64,000 nucleotides of DNA, taken from Chrysomallon squamiferum. Lineage: Eukaryota > Animalia > Mollusca. A model generated the notes under the pieces. It was not told the DNA's origin. It was given only the letters and a program-made list of their open reading frames with translations, and did not search any database. Positions 10,172 to 23,698 of this stretch are shown here, piece after piece (within the stretch, counting starts at the first letter, position 1; every line of letters starts with the position of its first letter). The stretch covers positions 1,612,001 to 1,676,000 of the forward strand of contig CM022674.1 in assembly GCA_012295275.1 (NCBI GenBank), given 5' to 3'. A program made the translations under genes and the position numbers.

Positions 10172-13100
10172 CTAGCAAATACAAAACAAGTAAAATAATA
10201 GTAATAAAGGTAATAGTAATAATAGTAATAGTAGTAGTAATAATAATAATAATAATAATAATAATAGTAATAGTAATTATAATAATAATAATAGTAGTAG
10301 TAATAATAATAATAATAACAGTAATAATAATAATAATAAAAGTAATAATAATAGTAATAATAGTAATAATAATAATACTAATAGTAATAATAGTAATAAT
10401 AATAATAATAATAATAAAAATACATACATAATATAAATAAAGAAATAAAGAAAAAATTTCTTCTTAAAATACTTAAATATATAAATGCATGATAAAAATA
10501 AAGAAATATTTGTTTTAAAAAAAAAAATACATACAGAAGATAAATAAAGATATGCATTTCTTTTTAGAATACATACATAATATAAATAAATAATAAAATG
10601 TATTTATTAATTTAATGAATAAAGTAAAACTACTACTAAAGAAAAAATAAAATTAAAATCATACACTGCGTGTAAAAATAACAAAACAACAAGAACAACA
10701 ATAATAAAAAATCATTCAACATTTCTTGGACTAGTTTTGAATGAAAATCAACAATGTTAGATTAACACCAAAAATTTAAATACTGTGATATAAAAAATAT
10801 TAAAAAAATATCTAATAATAATAATAATAATAATAATTACAACAAAAATAAAATAATATCATAATAATAATACCAATAACAACTATAATATCAATAATAC
10901 AATCTGACATATAAAAATAATGCAGTTTTCTTATGTACAGAAATAATTAAATATTTCATTTATTAATTTTAAAAATAAAACGTATTAGACTTACAATCGA
11001 CGTCGTGTTTGTATGTACCAATAGAAATCTGTCGAACGTTTGTCAGCATGTGCTGCATCATCGAGGTGGGATCTTGAAAAATCTGTTAAATCAAAGAATC
11101 AGTTTTATTGGAGTACGAAATAACAAAGGCAGTCAAAATACTGATTTTTAGATTTTTTATATTAGTGTATGATGTAACAAAACCCAACTAAATATATAAT
11201 TAATTTATTAGATAGCAAAGCCGTGTAAATATATTAGTTTATGGTGTAACATAACCCTATAAATATAGTATTAATTTATTAGATAGCAAAGCCTTGTAAA
11301 TATATTTTTGTTATTAATTTATGATGTAACAGACCCCACTAAATATACAGATTTTTATTTGCTTACAATACAACAAATCCTAATAAATATATTATTGTTA
11401 TTAGTTTATGACATGACAAACTCTAGTATATATAATGCTATTATTTGCTAATCACCTAACAGAACCTAATAAAGATACAGATTTTTATTATTAGTTTTTG
11501 ACATAACACCCTAGTAAATATACTGATTGTTATTATTACTTTTCAAGGGTTTTTTAGACTGAGAATACATCACTAATTTTATCAGTCTTTTAAGGCTTCT
11601 AACATTTTTATTTTTGTTGATGTTGGCTTTTTGGTGGATTTTTAAAAAAAATATTATTATGACCTTCCAATCATCATTATGAGTTGTTAATTTATATAAC
11701 TTTATTATCTGCAAAGACTGGTGTCCAATAACTTTAAACACAATTCTCTTTCTTGAAAGAATGTTTCTTTGAACCATGAAGTTGTATTTTTAACAACATG
11801 AAACAAACAAAACAAGGAAATGCATCAAATGTAAAGTTTTCTGCTTGTGTCACACATTTTTGAGAATTTACAAACCAGCTCATCGTAAAATTCTAAAACA
11901 AGAGATTTCTTCCCGAGCATGATGTCTGTTTCTGACTGGAAAAGTTTCAGAAGATGGTAGAGAGTCACCTGAAGTTATAAAAATTAATAATGATAATAAT
12001 AATAATAATAATAATAATAGTAGCAAAAGTAATACTAATTATACTAGTAGACGTAATCTCACCTAAAATTAGGTATAGTAATGATGAAGATGAAGATAAT
12101 AATAATAAGAAGAAAAAAGAACAACAACAATAGTAAAACTAAAATACTAATTATAGTAGTAGTAATTATATTAATACAATCAATAATAATAATTATTACA
12201 GCAGCAGTACTAATAATAACAGAAGTAACAGTAGTAAGAATACTACTAATAAGTAGTAGTAGAAGTAATGATAAAATAATTAATACATAAAAACCTAAAA
12301 CACATATTAGAAGCTTTAGCATAATGACAATAATGATAAATTTAATAATATCAATAACAGTAACAACAAACAACGGTGATAACATCAGCAGTTATTGTGA
12401 AAAAGAATAACCTGAACCTAGAAACACAGTTTTAAATAATAATTAATATGTAAAAATACTGAAACTGTCAAAAACCAAAATAACATGAAGCAAATGAAAC
12501 AAAATCAATCATTAATCAAAAACAAAAAATACTGAAGATGACTAGCTGAATCTGGCACTGTTGATGTCATAGCCAACATTTCCTGTGGGGTACAGGCAGA
12601 GGTCTGTCTTGTATTCCTGATAGGCCCATTAACATCAGATTAATAGATAGAAAATGTTTGAGTAATAAATAGGAGAAACAAAATAAGGAAATTAAAACTT
12701 ACAGGTCGTTCATTAGGATCGTTAAAGAAAATTTTGATGACAACTTCAAACTCCCCCCAGCCTGTTTCGGTTACTTCATAAGGTGGTTTCACAACAACTG
12801 AAAAATAAAATGTTAAAGTAACAAATATAATTTAAAAAATAAATAAATAAATAAAGTAAATGAACAAACAAAAACTTATATATAGATAATTTGTGAAGTT
12901 TAAAGAAATAATTAAAAATTAAACAATAATTATAATTAGACAATCTCTTTTAGTTATTTAGTCAATACAATTCTTTTGCAAGTTCAGAACAGTAAGTAAT
13001 TATTACTAAGACTTGTTTCTAAATAACAGAAGAAAATATTTAAAAAAAAGATGAAAGTGACAAAAATAAAATAAATGCCCCTATCACACTAACGTAATAA

Positions 13101-14837
13101 TTACTAAATAAAAATTGTAATGGACTCATACTGACACAAAAACAAATTAAAACAAATACCTAGATGTATTTAAAATATATTTAGCTCAAAGTTCACATGA
13201 CCACTGGCATAAAACAATGTTAAACAAACTATTTGGCAAATCTACAAAATGTATTGAGGATTTCTGATAATATTTTGCAACAGTACTATTTAACAATAAC
13301 AACAACAGGAATAATAACAGTAATAATAATAATAATGATAACAATAATAATATCAACAACAATAATGTTAATAACAATAAAAATAATAAGAGTAATAATA
13401 ATGATAACAATAATAATAATAAAAAGAAGAAGAAGAAGAAGAAGAAGAAGAAATATTTACTTAAGTGTATCAACCTGTATGTTAGAATGATTACAATAAA
13501 AACGCTTAAATTTAATCAAACATCTCACCTCTGTTTGGATTAGGATAGCTCTCATGAAGTTTGAACTGCACTTTCTTTACATAAGATGTCATGTCCTGAA
13601 ACAGAGAGTTATGTTACTTTACTGTTTTTGTTAAAACTTATATAGGAAAAAAAAAAAAAACAAAATAATAATAATTTACTGGATTTCCAGACAACTAAAT
13701 GACTCTTCAAATTAAAATCAGTAGCAATTACAGTTAAATTATTATACAGATTTATTCATTTTTAATATTTTAAAATCAAACCTTGCTACATCTTAATTCT
13801 TAATATTTTATCAAGAGTTTCAGCTGGCACTGTATTAATAAAAATTAAAATTGCTTAATTTTTATTTTTATTAATTTAACTGACACGCCATTTGTAATTC
13901 TGTATCATCGTAATACTTTGTAAAATTTAACTATATTGATTTTGTTTAATTTTCATTTTTTTATTTACATTCTGTCTTTCTGTTGTTTTAAATAAAGATC
14001 ATGACATATTGCAATTTCTAATGTGTATTTTGGTAAAATAAATAATGTGAAAAATTCAAAATAAAAAAATGTAAAGAAATTTTACCTCATTTTTATACGG
14101 TTTTAGATAAACTGTCCACTGATGTGTGTGACCATCTTCTTCTCTCTTCTTTCCAAAATACCTTGCTACATTTCCATAAACAATGGGCTTGACAATTGTT
14201 AAACCCTTAAAAAAACACACCCCCAAAACATATAATATAATTATTTTAATATATGAAATTAAAAAGTTTAATTTAATTCCTACAAGTAAAATATCAATAA
14301 ACATTAGAAGTATATTTTGGTATATTTAAATTTAGTTTGTCTATCTAATTTTATCTCTCCACTCAGTAATGAGTAAATCGTGATTAATAAACTACAATAA
14401 ATGTGATCCGTGTGTGTCTTTCATTCATAATTTTTCATTGTTACATTGATTATGCATAGGTCTATTATATTATGTGTATATATTACTGAGGTATTTCTGT
14501 ACATATGACAACCAGTTTAAATATAGGAAATTTACAAGATTCTAACAATAAGATATTTTATATAACGATGAGGACAATAATATGACTTCATTTGTTCAGT
14601 TGTTCTTTCTTTGAATGTTTCGTTTAAAAAGTTAAAATTTAATCCTCACTTTAAAACTTTTGTTTTACACATTGTAGTGATTAAAGTATGAATCAAAACA
14701 AATTGATTTCAGCTTTAATGCTACAAATATATTATAAATTAATGTGTAAAAATTAAAATTTTCACTTTTTCTTTTGTTATTGTTTTACTTACTTTGATTC
14801 TGCCTCCAGAATCGGTTCCAAAATCTGCGGCAGCCAT
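9983..14837 (-). CDS. YEATS4: YEATS domain-containing protein 4 (GAS41/Yaf9 orthologue; NuA4/TIP60 and SRCAP subunit), 7 coding exons, ~231 aa if the exon-7 frameshift is corrected
   Basis: Exons 14837-14793, 14205-14086, 13595-13529, 12797-12703, 11968-11876, 11082-10995 and 10171-9983 all have GT..AG boundaries with compatible phases. Translation: [187 protein letters not shown].. This closely matches GAS41 as recalled (HTHxW, LHESY and GWGEF motifs, C-terminal coiled coil). Confidence 0.97.
10995..11082 (-). CDS. YEATS4: YEATS4 coding exon 6
   Basis: 88 nt, [29 protein letters not shown] plus 1 nt. ACAG acceptor and GTAAGT donor. Confidence 0.96.
11160..11525. repeat. Degenerate ~65-85 bp tandem repeat in YEATS4 intron 5
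   Basis: Recurrent ATTAGTTTATGATGTAACA.AACCC..TAAATATA..ATTTATTAGATAGCAAAGCC, ~5 copies. Confidence 0.7.
11876..11968 (-). CDS. YEATS4: YEATS4 coding exon 5
   Basis: 93 nt, [37 protein letters not shown] acceptor and GTTTGT donor. Confidence 0.96.
12703..12797 (-). CDS. YEATS4: YEATS4 coding exon 4
   Basis: 95 nt, [32 protein letters not shown] (acyl-lysine-binding GWGEF motif). TTTTTCAG acceptor and GTAAGT donor. Confidence 0.97.
13529..13595 (-). CDS. YEATS4: YEATS4 coding exon 3
   Basis: 67 nt, [22 protein letters not shown] plus 1 nt. TTTCAG acceptor and GTGAG donor. Confidence 0.96.
14086..14205 (-). CDS. YEATS4: YEATS4 coding exon 2
   Basis: 120 nt, [42 protein letters not shown] acceptor and GTAAA donor. 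Contained in ORF 14056..14304. Confidence 0.97.
14793..14837 (-). CDS. YEATS4: YEATS4 coding exon 1 ([15 protein letters not shown])
   Basis: ATG at 14837-14835, 45 nt, followed by donor GTAAGT. Matches the GAS41 N-terminus (FGPDSGGRVK). Confidence 0.93.
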
Positions 14838-15160
14838 TCTATACCATTGCAAATAGAGTTATTTCCCTTCGAAATATTACCCTAGAAAATTTGATCGAAA
14901 CGAAAGAAAATTAAAATAACAACAAGATACTATAATTATTTTCATATGAGGTTAATTTTATCATCTAATAAATAACAAATTATATAATTTTATTTTTTTT
15001 TTGGAAAACATATTTTTGGTAATTTAATTAATATTTTTAAGTGATTTCGTTTAAAGTAGAGGGATGCAATTTCTATTTCGATAGACTGTTACATGTGCAT
15101 ATCATAGAATTGGATATCAGTTTATCTACCTGTTGATTGAACTTCAAACGATCAGGTAAT
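14838..15160. promoter_or_regulatory. YEATS4 5'UTR/promoter region, possibly bidirectional
   Basis: Lies directly upstream of the ATG, with local CpG enrichment, the AGAGTTATTTCCCTT motif at 14855-14869 and a plus-strand CAG|GTAAT donor at 15153-15160. Confidence 0.45.
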
Positions 15161-16588
15161 GATTATATAAATTTGAGTTCATTGAGTATGTTGATCATCT
15201 TGCAAAATTAATGTAACTTGTATTGTCTAATGCATTTTGATACAGACATCATTTCAGAGTTAAAATAGCATGACATTATGAATAATCAAATTTAAGCTTT
15301 GTCTTTTGTTTTGCATTGTTATTGTTTCCATTGTTTAACTTCAAATAAACAGAACTTACTAACACTATAAGAAAATGATAAAAGAAAAAAAATCAAAAAT
15401 AGATAATTTAATTTTTTTTTAAATTTAAATTAAAATACGTATATAGTGTGTGAAGTTGTATTAGTATTTAGTCAAAATTAATCATTTAGAATTATAAAAT
15501 ATTTTAAAAAAAAACTTTGCAAAGTTTTTTCTTTCTATTTTGGTAATTATATCAAGTTTGTATTGTTGATATAAATGATGTAAATTATCCCACAAATAAC
15601 CAATTACCTCATAATAACCAATAGCAGAGTTGACTGCTTGTTTTTTTTTTTTTTAACATGGTTTAAAATTAAAGGTAGAACCAGAAACTGGATAAATATT
15701 TCTTGCACTGGTGACCTTAGGGAGAATGAAACCTGGGGGAGAATATAATAATATTTTCCAAAAACATAAAGAAATTTAGTGATAGATGAATTGTATTATG
15801 AGATAAAGATTCAAATATAAATGACACTGAACTAGTTTAAACACTTGTTTGTGTAGGATTAAATTGTGAACTTTAGCATCTGCAGCAAGAGGCTTTCAGA
15901 AAATAAGTGAAACATCATTTTTTCATTTCTTTACCTTTCTTTTCTTTTTTTTTTTATCTTTTGAAACCAGTACTTTTTGTTTTTTTAATTTATCTCATGA
16001 AATCATACACACACAGTTATTGTTATATATATATTTTATATATATATATATATATATCAGTACATTACATTACACACACACACACATACTGCTGCTGTTA
16101 TTATACATTATACTACCACCAACATCACTGCATCATCTACTACTACTGTTACAAAATCTTAATCTAACATTGCTAATAATTAGACATACAATGGATAAAC
16201 TACAGTTTTCATGGCAAATATTTAGACTGTTGACTGACATCTGTGTTTGGGTGTACTGCCCAAGTAAAAAATAACCTCCTTGAAAAGAAGAGGAGTAACA
16301 CCTCAATCACCTTGTCCTTTCTGTTCGTTGTAAAAAATTGTAATTAATACAGACATGGAACTAATTAATAAAAAAAAGTAATGTTAGAATTTATCAAATC
16401 AGTTATTATTATTGTTGCTTTAACTGCAGCAAGTTGTTTGATTAATTTAAATATATTACAATATATATATATGATTAAATAATTATATTTGAAAAATAAA
16501 ATTTATGAAGAAAATACTTCAACTCAAAATTATTGAAGATCTTTTTATAGCAGCTTTCTAGAATACTGTTAATATAATGTATAATATA

Positions 16589-16619
<31 letters not shown>

Positions 16620-16709
16620 ATGCAAGATAAATGCTACTCAGTCTCTTAAAGCCCTTTGCATTGATCATTAATAATTATGTTACTGTGTCTTCAGTGAACC
16701 CTTTCTTTA

Positions 16710-16759
<50 letters not shown>

Positions 16760-17357
16760 CACAGACTAACAAATATATAAATAAGTGTATTTTGCATTAA
16801 TGTAGGGTTAGTGTAATTAAATAATTCTAAAAGATAATTAACATTTAAGTACATCAAATATTAGAAACAAAAAACAAGGAACAGTGGTTTTGTTATCACA
16901 ATTACATAGATTTATCACATGCATGTGTATTGTATTTCCTGTTCCAGGTTGAACCCCAGTAATAATCAGCAGTATTGCTAGCAGTATACATAAAAAGTAA
17001 TTTATTGTTTATTATTGGGAATAATCCAAATTGTTCCTCTAGGTTTCTCACGAGACTTATGAAATTAGCTAGGGAGATAACTCTAAATCATAATATTTTG
17101 TGTTGTTCATCTAATTGATTAAATGATATCCTCTTTGTTCTGACAAAGTGTAAGCTGTCTGGTGATTTAATAAAAATAATAATAATAATAATAATAATAG
17201 TAATCAAAATTAATTTAGACAAGAGTTATTTCCCTTGTGGTTTATTATCTTTGAGCTGTTTAATATTTTGAATGGAATTATCTTAACAAGAAGCAGAAAG
17301 TTTCATGTTATTTTATATTAATTCAGAAGTTTTATTGACTTTTAAAAGCATCATTGC

Positions 17358-17395
<38 letters not shown>

Positions 17396-17595
17396 CAGAA
17401 CAAATTGAATGTATAGATGATTTATATTAAGTCATTTTTGTCGTAACAAATTATAAATGACCAAAATAATGGTTTGTAATATTATGTATGTTGTTAGTAT
17501 TTAAAATTAATTAAATTTAATTTAGCTTGATTAAAAAATTAAATTAATAAATAATTGCGCATACATACACACATATGTACATAGAATACACACAC

Positions 17596-17659
<64 letters not shown>

Positions 17660-18097
17660 ATGACATAAAATCTATTTTTTTTTGTGTAGTTCTACAAAAA
17701 TCAGTTTTGATATTAACATTGATAAAACTTAGCACATATTGAGAACACCTTTTTATCAAGTTCATGTATTTCATTCTGTCCTTTGTATGTAGGTTAAAAA
17801 AATCCTTCAAATAACAGCAAGAACAACTGTTATTGTTATTATTTTTAGTAGTAGTAGTAACAGCAGTAGTAGAGGTAATAGCAGTAGTAGCTGTATTGTT
17901 GTAGTTGTTGTTGTTGTTTTTACCAATTTAATGTTTTTTTCAATTTGAATTTCAGTTTGTCCTTTGTAGTCAGGTTATAAACAGCCTTTAAGTAATGACA
18001 ACAACAAAAGATATTATTATTATTATTAGTAGTAGTAGTTGTAGTAGAAGTCACAGAAGTAATAGCTATATTGTTGTTGTTTTTGACCAATATAATG

Positions 18098-18144
<47 letters not shown>

Positions 18145-18827
18145 AACTAACAACAAAAACATCAACTAAAAAATAATCAATACTGATATCATTAGTATAT
18201 GCATTAGAATAATTATTATTGTAATTATTTTTGTTATTACAGTTATCATTTTACTAACAAAAAATGAAAAAAAAAAAATGAAATGAAAAATGAAAAATGT
18301 AATTTAGAAAAACATTTTCAGAAACCGTTTATGCTCATCATTTTTTCATATCTGTTGATGAAGTGGCCATAATTCTTGAATTTCTCTTCACTTATTCGTG
18401 TTTGACTGTGCTTAAGAAATATGAAACTGCTTAATGTAAAGCATCTTTCCATGTTGGAATTGTTCTTTGTAAACTGTACTGATGAATGTCTTCAACTAAA
18501 AAAAAAAGAAAATTTCCTGCAAAAGAATGAACGTTTTTTTTTTCTGAGCTTCTGTTACACAAAATTAATTTCTTTTTGCTAAAAACGAAAAAAGGTTTCG
18601 TGTACTGGATGCACCGTTTTTATCAAGATATTAAATTTCAGAATACAAAGATATTTAATTAGTGTAATGTAATATAATATTTTTTAGATTTTATTTAATT
18701 TGTTATTTCTTGTCTTGTTTGTTTGTTTTTTTGTGGTTTTTTTTTGCTCTTTATATAACTAGTTTCTTCTACTTTTTCTTCTTATGGTAATATTGATATT
18801 ATTATTGTTATTATTATTATTATCATT

Positions 18828-18866
<39 letters not shown>

Positions 18867-18967
18867 ACACTTGATGTATAAAAATCAGTGATGATCCAGT
18901 CTGAAGGTTAAATAAATATAACAATAAGAGCCATTAAAAGGTTTTCTTTTCCATATCTTCATATAAA

Positions 18968-19260
18968 TACAGCTACCACTGCTGCTGCAACTCTTGCTAC
19001 TACTACTACCACTTCTACTACTACTACTACTGCTGCTATTACTACTATTACTGCTACTGCTACTACTACCACTACTACTACTATCACTACTGCCACTATT
19101 ACTACTATTAATATTAATATTACTATTAGTAGAACTACTACAACTTCTGTAATTATTACTACTATAACTACTACTGTTACTACTACTACTACGATTGTTA
19201 ACAATTGCTACTGCCACTCCACTGCTCAAACTATTACCACTGTTATCACTACCACTGCTG

Positions 19261-19305
<45 letters not shown>

Positions 19306-19410
19306 ATTATTATTATTATTATTATTATCATTATTATTATTTTTAACATTATTATTATTATCATTATTATTATTATTACATTTATCATTATCATTATCAT
19401 TATTATTACA
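18968..19410. repeat. Compound CTA/CTG/ATT trinucleotide microsatellite
   Basis: Direct reading. Source of the poly-Ser/Ile/Val ORFs. Confidence 0.9.
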
Positions 19411-20648
19411 TTGATCTATTAAATATAAATATATAAAAATTAAATATAAAACAAAAAATTGGATAAATTGTTAATAATTAAGACATAAATTGTTTTATAT
19501 CATCAGTTAGGCAATGACTTGCTTCACATGAATCTGTGTGTTCAACTTTATTGTTGACAAAGATCTGAGGAAATATACAAAATGAATTTAGTTTCACCTT
19601 TACACACACACACAGACTTTAATCAGATGAAAATAACATAAATATTATTTTTATTTTCATTTTATTTTTTTTCATTTTTTTATTTTTTCATTTTATTATT
19701 ATGTTTTTTCTTATTCATGTACAATTTTTTTTAATTGTAATTTTTTTTTGGCTTGTTCTAAAAACAATAAGATTACATTTCATGAAGGTTTCATTATTAT
19801 TCCTTTCTTTCATCTTCAAAAGATGCAGAAAAAAAAAAGAAAGAAGAAAAACACATTTTGATTTGATTTTTTTTTTTTTATCTTCTCTCCAACTTGATTT
19901 GCTTCGACCATAAATGCCTAAAAAAAACAACCCACATTATCCAGATTTATATCTTCTGTGACTGAGATGTTAAAATAAAAAAATAAATAAGACAAGAAAT
20001 CTTCATTACTCATTATAAGAAATTAGTGGATTCAAGCCTCAGTTTTTTTGTTTTTTTTGTTTTGTGGAAGTCATAAGATAAAGTTTGCTGATAAGAGAAT
20101 CATTAATCAAAATGTTTGATTTTTTTTATTTTCATCAGTATAAATTAATTTAATTAAGATGATGCTTGTCAGTCTTTAATTATTTTCTTCACATTTGTGT
20201 GTTTATTTTATCATTATCTTGAACCTCATGAGATAAAAAAAAAAGTAGAAAAAGGAAAAAAGAAGTCCAAACATTATGAGGATATAAACATGTGGTAGGA
20301 AAGATATAAATCTTAACATTCTAATAATAATTAGTAGTTGTTATAGGACTTTAATTCTAAATATTTTATTCCAAGTCAGTATTTTATTTATTTTCAAATT
20401 TGTTTTTTCTATGTTAAGTTTGTACCTATAAGGAAATAAGAACAATGCACTAAATAAAATGATAAAATAATGAAAATATCTAAAAGAAACTTAATGTGCA
20501 TCTAAAATGAGTTTTTTTGTTGTTGTTACCATTGCTACTGCTACAATAACAGCAGCAGCAGCAGCAAGAACAGCAGCAAAATGTAAAAAGATAAATTTTA
20601 AAATACAATTTTGTTAAAAAATAATAGTAAAAAAATAATAATAATATA

Positions 20649-20714
<66 letters not shown>

Positions 20715-21002
20715 AATAAATAAATACAAAAAAATAAAAAAATGATTTAATAATGATTTCAGATAAAAAAAATAATTAAAAAAAATAAAAACTCACTTCC
20801 TGTATATACACTTTTGTTGGTAAAAAGCAGAAACCTATCTATGTTAAGAACCTTCCCATTAACAGGAAAGATTATGGAACCATGGAATGAAATCATCTCA
20901 GGCAATCACTCTATTTCTGACCTGTAGTTTTTTTCTTTTTGTTTAAAACATTTTTATCTTAATTATTTGTAGTTATAGCTTAATTTGTTTCTGAAAGAAT
21001 CT

Positions 21003-21036
<34 letters not shown>

Positions 21037-22189
21037 TATGATAATGATAATAATAAATGATAATTATAATGGTAATAATGGTGATGATGATGATAATAAT
21101 AATAAGTATGAAACAATAATGATAATATAAAAAAGAAAAAGAAGACAAATTATTAAAAAAAAAAAAAAAAAAAAATAATAATAATAATAATAATAAAAAT
21201 AAAAATAAAAATAATAAAAATAAAATTGATTTCCTCATCATCCATCTTGACTCCTTAGAGTTTTGCAGTGTTGATGACCAGTGGTCAGTGACTAAACACT
21301 GACCAGAAATGACAAGAGAGAAATTAAGCAGACAAATACAAAGTCGGCCTGCTGATATTACATGAGTGAACAAGCAGAACGACTACTAATCAAATCATGC
21401 TGAACATTTTCGTATCACTTCACTGGGCGACCAATACAACAACTAACCAAATCATTAGCTTGCGAAAAGATTAATTTTTGTGTCTCGCCAAGCCCGAATA
21501 TAAACCATTTGTCTGTATTTAAGATACGTCTTTGTCGTATTTACAATGCAATTCATGTGCAATGGATGAGTTTGGACGACGCTAAATTTATTTATTTCTT
21601 ATTTGTATTCGATGTTGGTTAGCTGGTAAAGTAAGTAAGTAAGTAAGTAAACAGTCTTCTCTTTCTAAATGTCTCGCACTCAGAACTGGTGTAATTTAGT
21701 TTTGATAAATGTTTTGTTGTTTTTGCTGCAAAAGTTGAAATAATCTGTTATCTGTGTAAAAGAATGGATGAGTGTAAGATATAAAATTTCATACAGTTTG
21801 TCAGTTAATGGATGATACAGAACTTATAATGTGTGGTCTAAAGGAAATAAAAAAAAATAAAAATAAAATAGTTTGGATTTTGTGAATCTTAAATTCACAA
21901 TGGATTTTGTAACATTAAAACTTAAATCTTTGTTTTGTTATTTATACATTGTTCCAGAACATACTGTGGCTGTATAAACAAATAACTTAAATATTTTATT
22001 TTTTTTTGAAAACTTCCATATTAAATTTTAAAAATTATGACTTTTAATTTATTACTGAACATCAATCTTTGCTAAAAATCAAGTATGTCACCAGAATAAG
22101 AACTGCTTGACAGAAATCTTTAAAACTTGTAAATATTTTATGTTCAAAGTTTTTTTTTTTCTTTTTTCCTTTTTCTTCTTCTTCTTCTT

Positions 22190-22220
<31 letters not shown>

Positions 22221-22821
22221 TTTATATTTTATTTTAATTTCAAATTATTTCTTTAGAAAAAATTTGTAAAAATCATTTTTAGTAAACTAACGACTACGAA
22301 ATTAATTTAAAATGCTCTTCAACGCTTCATTCTCTAAAGATTAATGAATTCATCTACTTATTCTTCTTCCACTGCCAGAAATAAACCTCAGTAAAGCTAT
22401 TACAGTATTGTTCCTGATAAATATGAAGATGTTGATTTTGATGCCTGCGCCACCAAAATTAATTACATTTATTATCATGCACAATGTATATATATATATA
22501 TATATGGGTGATGAGTTAAAAAAAATCTGGTTGCTAAGCAACCACCGAGGTATATACCATAAATAACATGGGACAAAAAATGCAAGATTATGAATTCAAA
22601 AGTCCACCAAACTCAAGTTTTCTTTTTCTGTATCAGCCGAAATGAATCGATCCAGAAAGTGGACAAGGACTCAGTGTCTCAAATTAGGCTCATATTTTCT
22701 TGCCCATTGTTATTGTTTGAGTAACCATCGAGTCAGCTTATTGAATGAGTCCATTTTCTGCAGTTAATTCGTGTTGACTTTCTGCTCTTTGAAAATAACC
22801 TCCTGGAGATGTTTCCCTTGA

Positions 22822-22852
<31 letters not shown>

Positions 22853-22962
22853 TTGTGTGTGTTTTGTCATTGATCTAGCCTGTTTTCGTTTGTTTTGTTC
22901 CTTGTTGACTCAAATAGCTGCGTCTTGCAGGACGATGTTATGTTGCAGCAGCAGCAGCGCAG

Positions 22963-23079
22963 AGTTAATTAATATTTGTGTTTTTTCTGTGTCTTTAATA
23001 GATCTGGGTTGCATTGATGTGGACTTTAATTGTTTAATAATTGTGTGTGTGTGTGTGTGTGGATTATATGGCTTAATTG

Positions 23080-23112
<33 letters not shown>

Positions 23113-23194
23113 GCAGTTAATTAATATTTGTGTTTTTTCTGTGTCTTTAATAGATCTGGCTTGCATTGATGTGGACTTTAATTGTTTAATAATT

Positions 23195-23242
<48 letters not shown>

Positions 23243-23657
23243 GCAGTTAATTAATATTTGTGTTTTTTGTGTCTTTAATAGATCTGGCTTGCATTGATGT
23301 GGACTTTAATTGTTTAATAATTGAGTGTGTGTGTGTGTGTGTGTGTGTGTAAATGCAGTTAATTAATATTTGTGTTTTTTTTCTGTGTCTTTAATAGATC
23401 TGGGTTGTATTGATGTGGACTTTAATTGTTTAATAATTGAGTTAAAATTATTAATTTGTTTTTTTGTGTCTTTAATGATCTGTTGCATTGATGTGGACTT
23501 TAATTGTTTAATGACTTAATAGTTGATGTATGTTTTTTTAATGTCTGTATGTAGATTTTAATGATTTAATAATTGATTTTGTATGTGTGTGTTTAGATTT
23601 TAATGATCATTTTAATATCTGGTTACATTGCTGTGGATTTTAATGGTTTAATAATGG

Positions 23658-23695
<38 letters not shown>
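22963..23695. repeat. Tandem ~80-bp unit interleaved with variable (GT)n tracts, 5 clear copies plus a decayed tail
   Basis: GTTAATTAATATTTGTGTTTTTTCTGTGTCTTTAATAGATCTGG.TTGCATTGATGTGGACTTTAATTGTTTAATAATTG starts near 22963, 23116, 23246, 23358 and 23445. Confidence 0.92.

Positions 23696-23698
<3 letters not shown>

Noticed and set aside
9939-10184. 81-aa ORF as a separate gene
   Set aside because: It is YEATS4 exon 7 read through the frameshift plus a few intronic codons.
18885-19422. Poly-Ser/Ile/Leu/Tyr ORFs (and similar ORFs at 2552-2839, 7956-8344, 10120-10431, 25200-26229, 33610-34039, 36840-37956, 48522-48839, 58252-58770)
   Set aside because: They are translations of di-, tri- and tetranucleotide microsatellites with no domain content.
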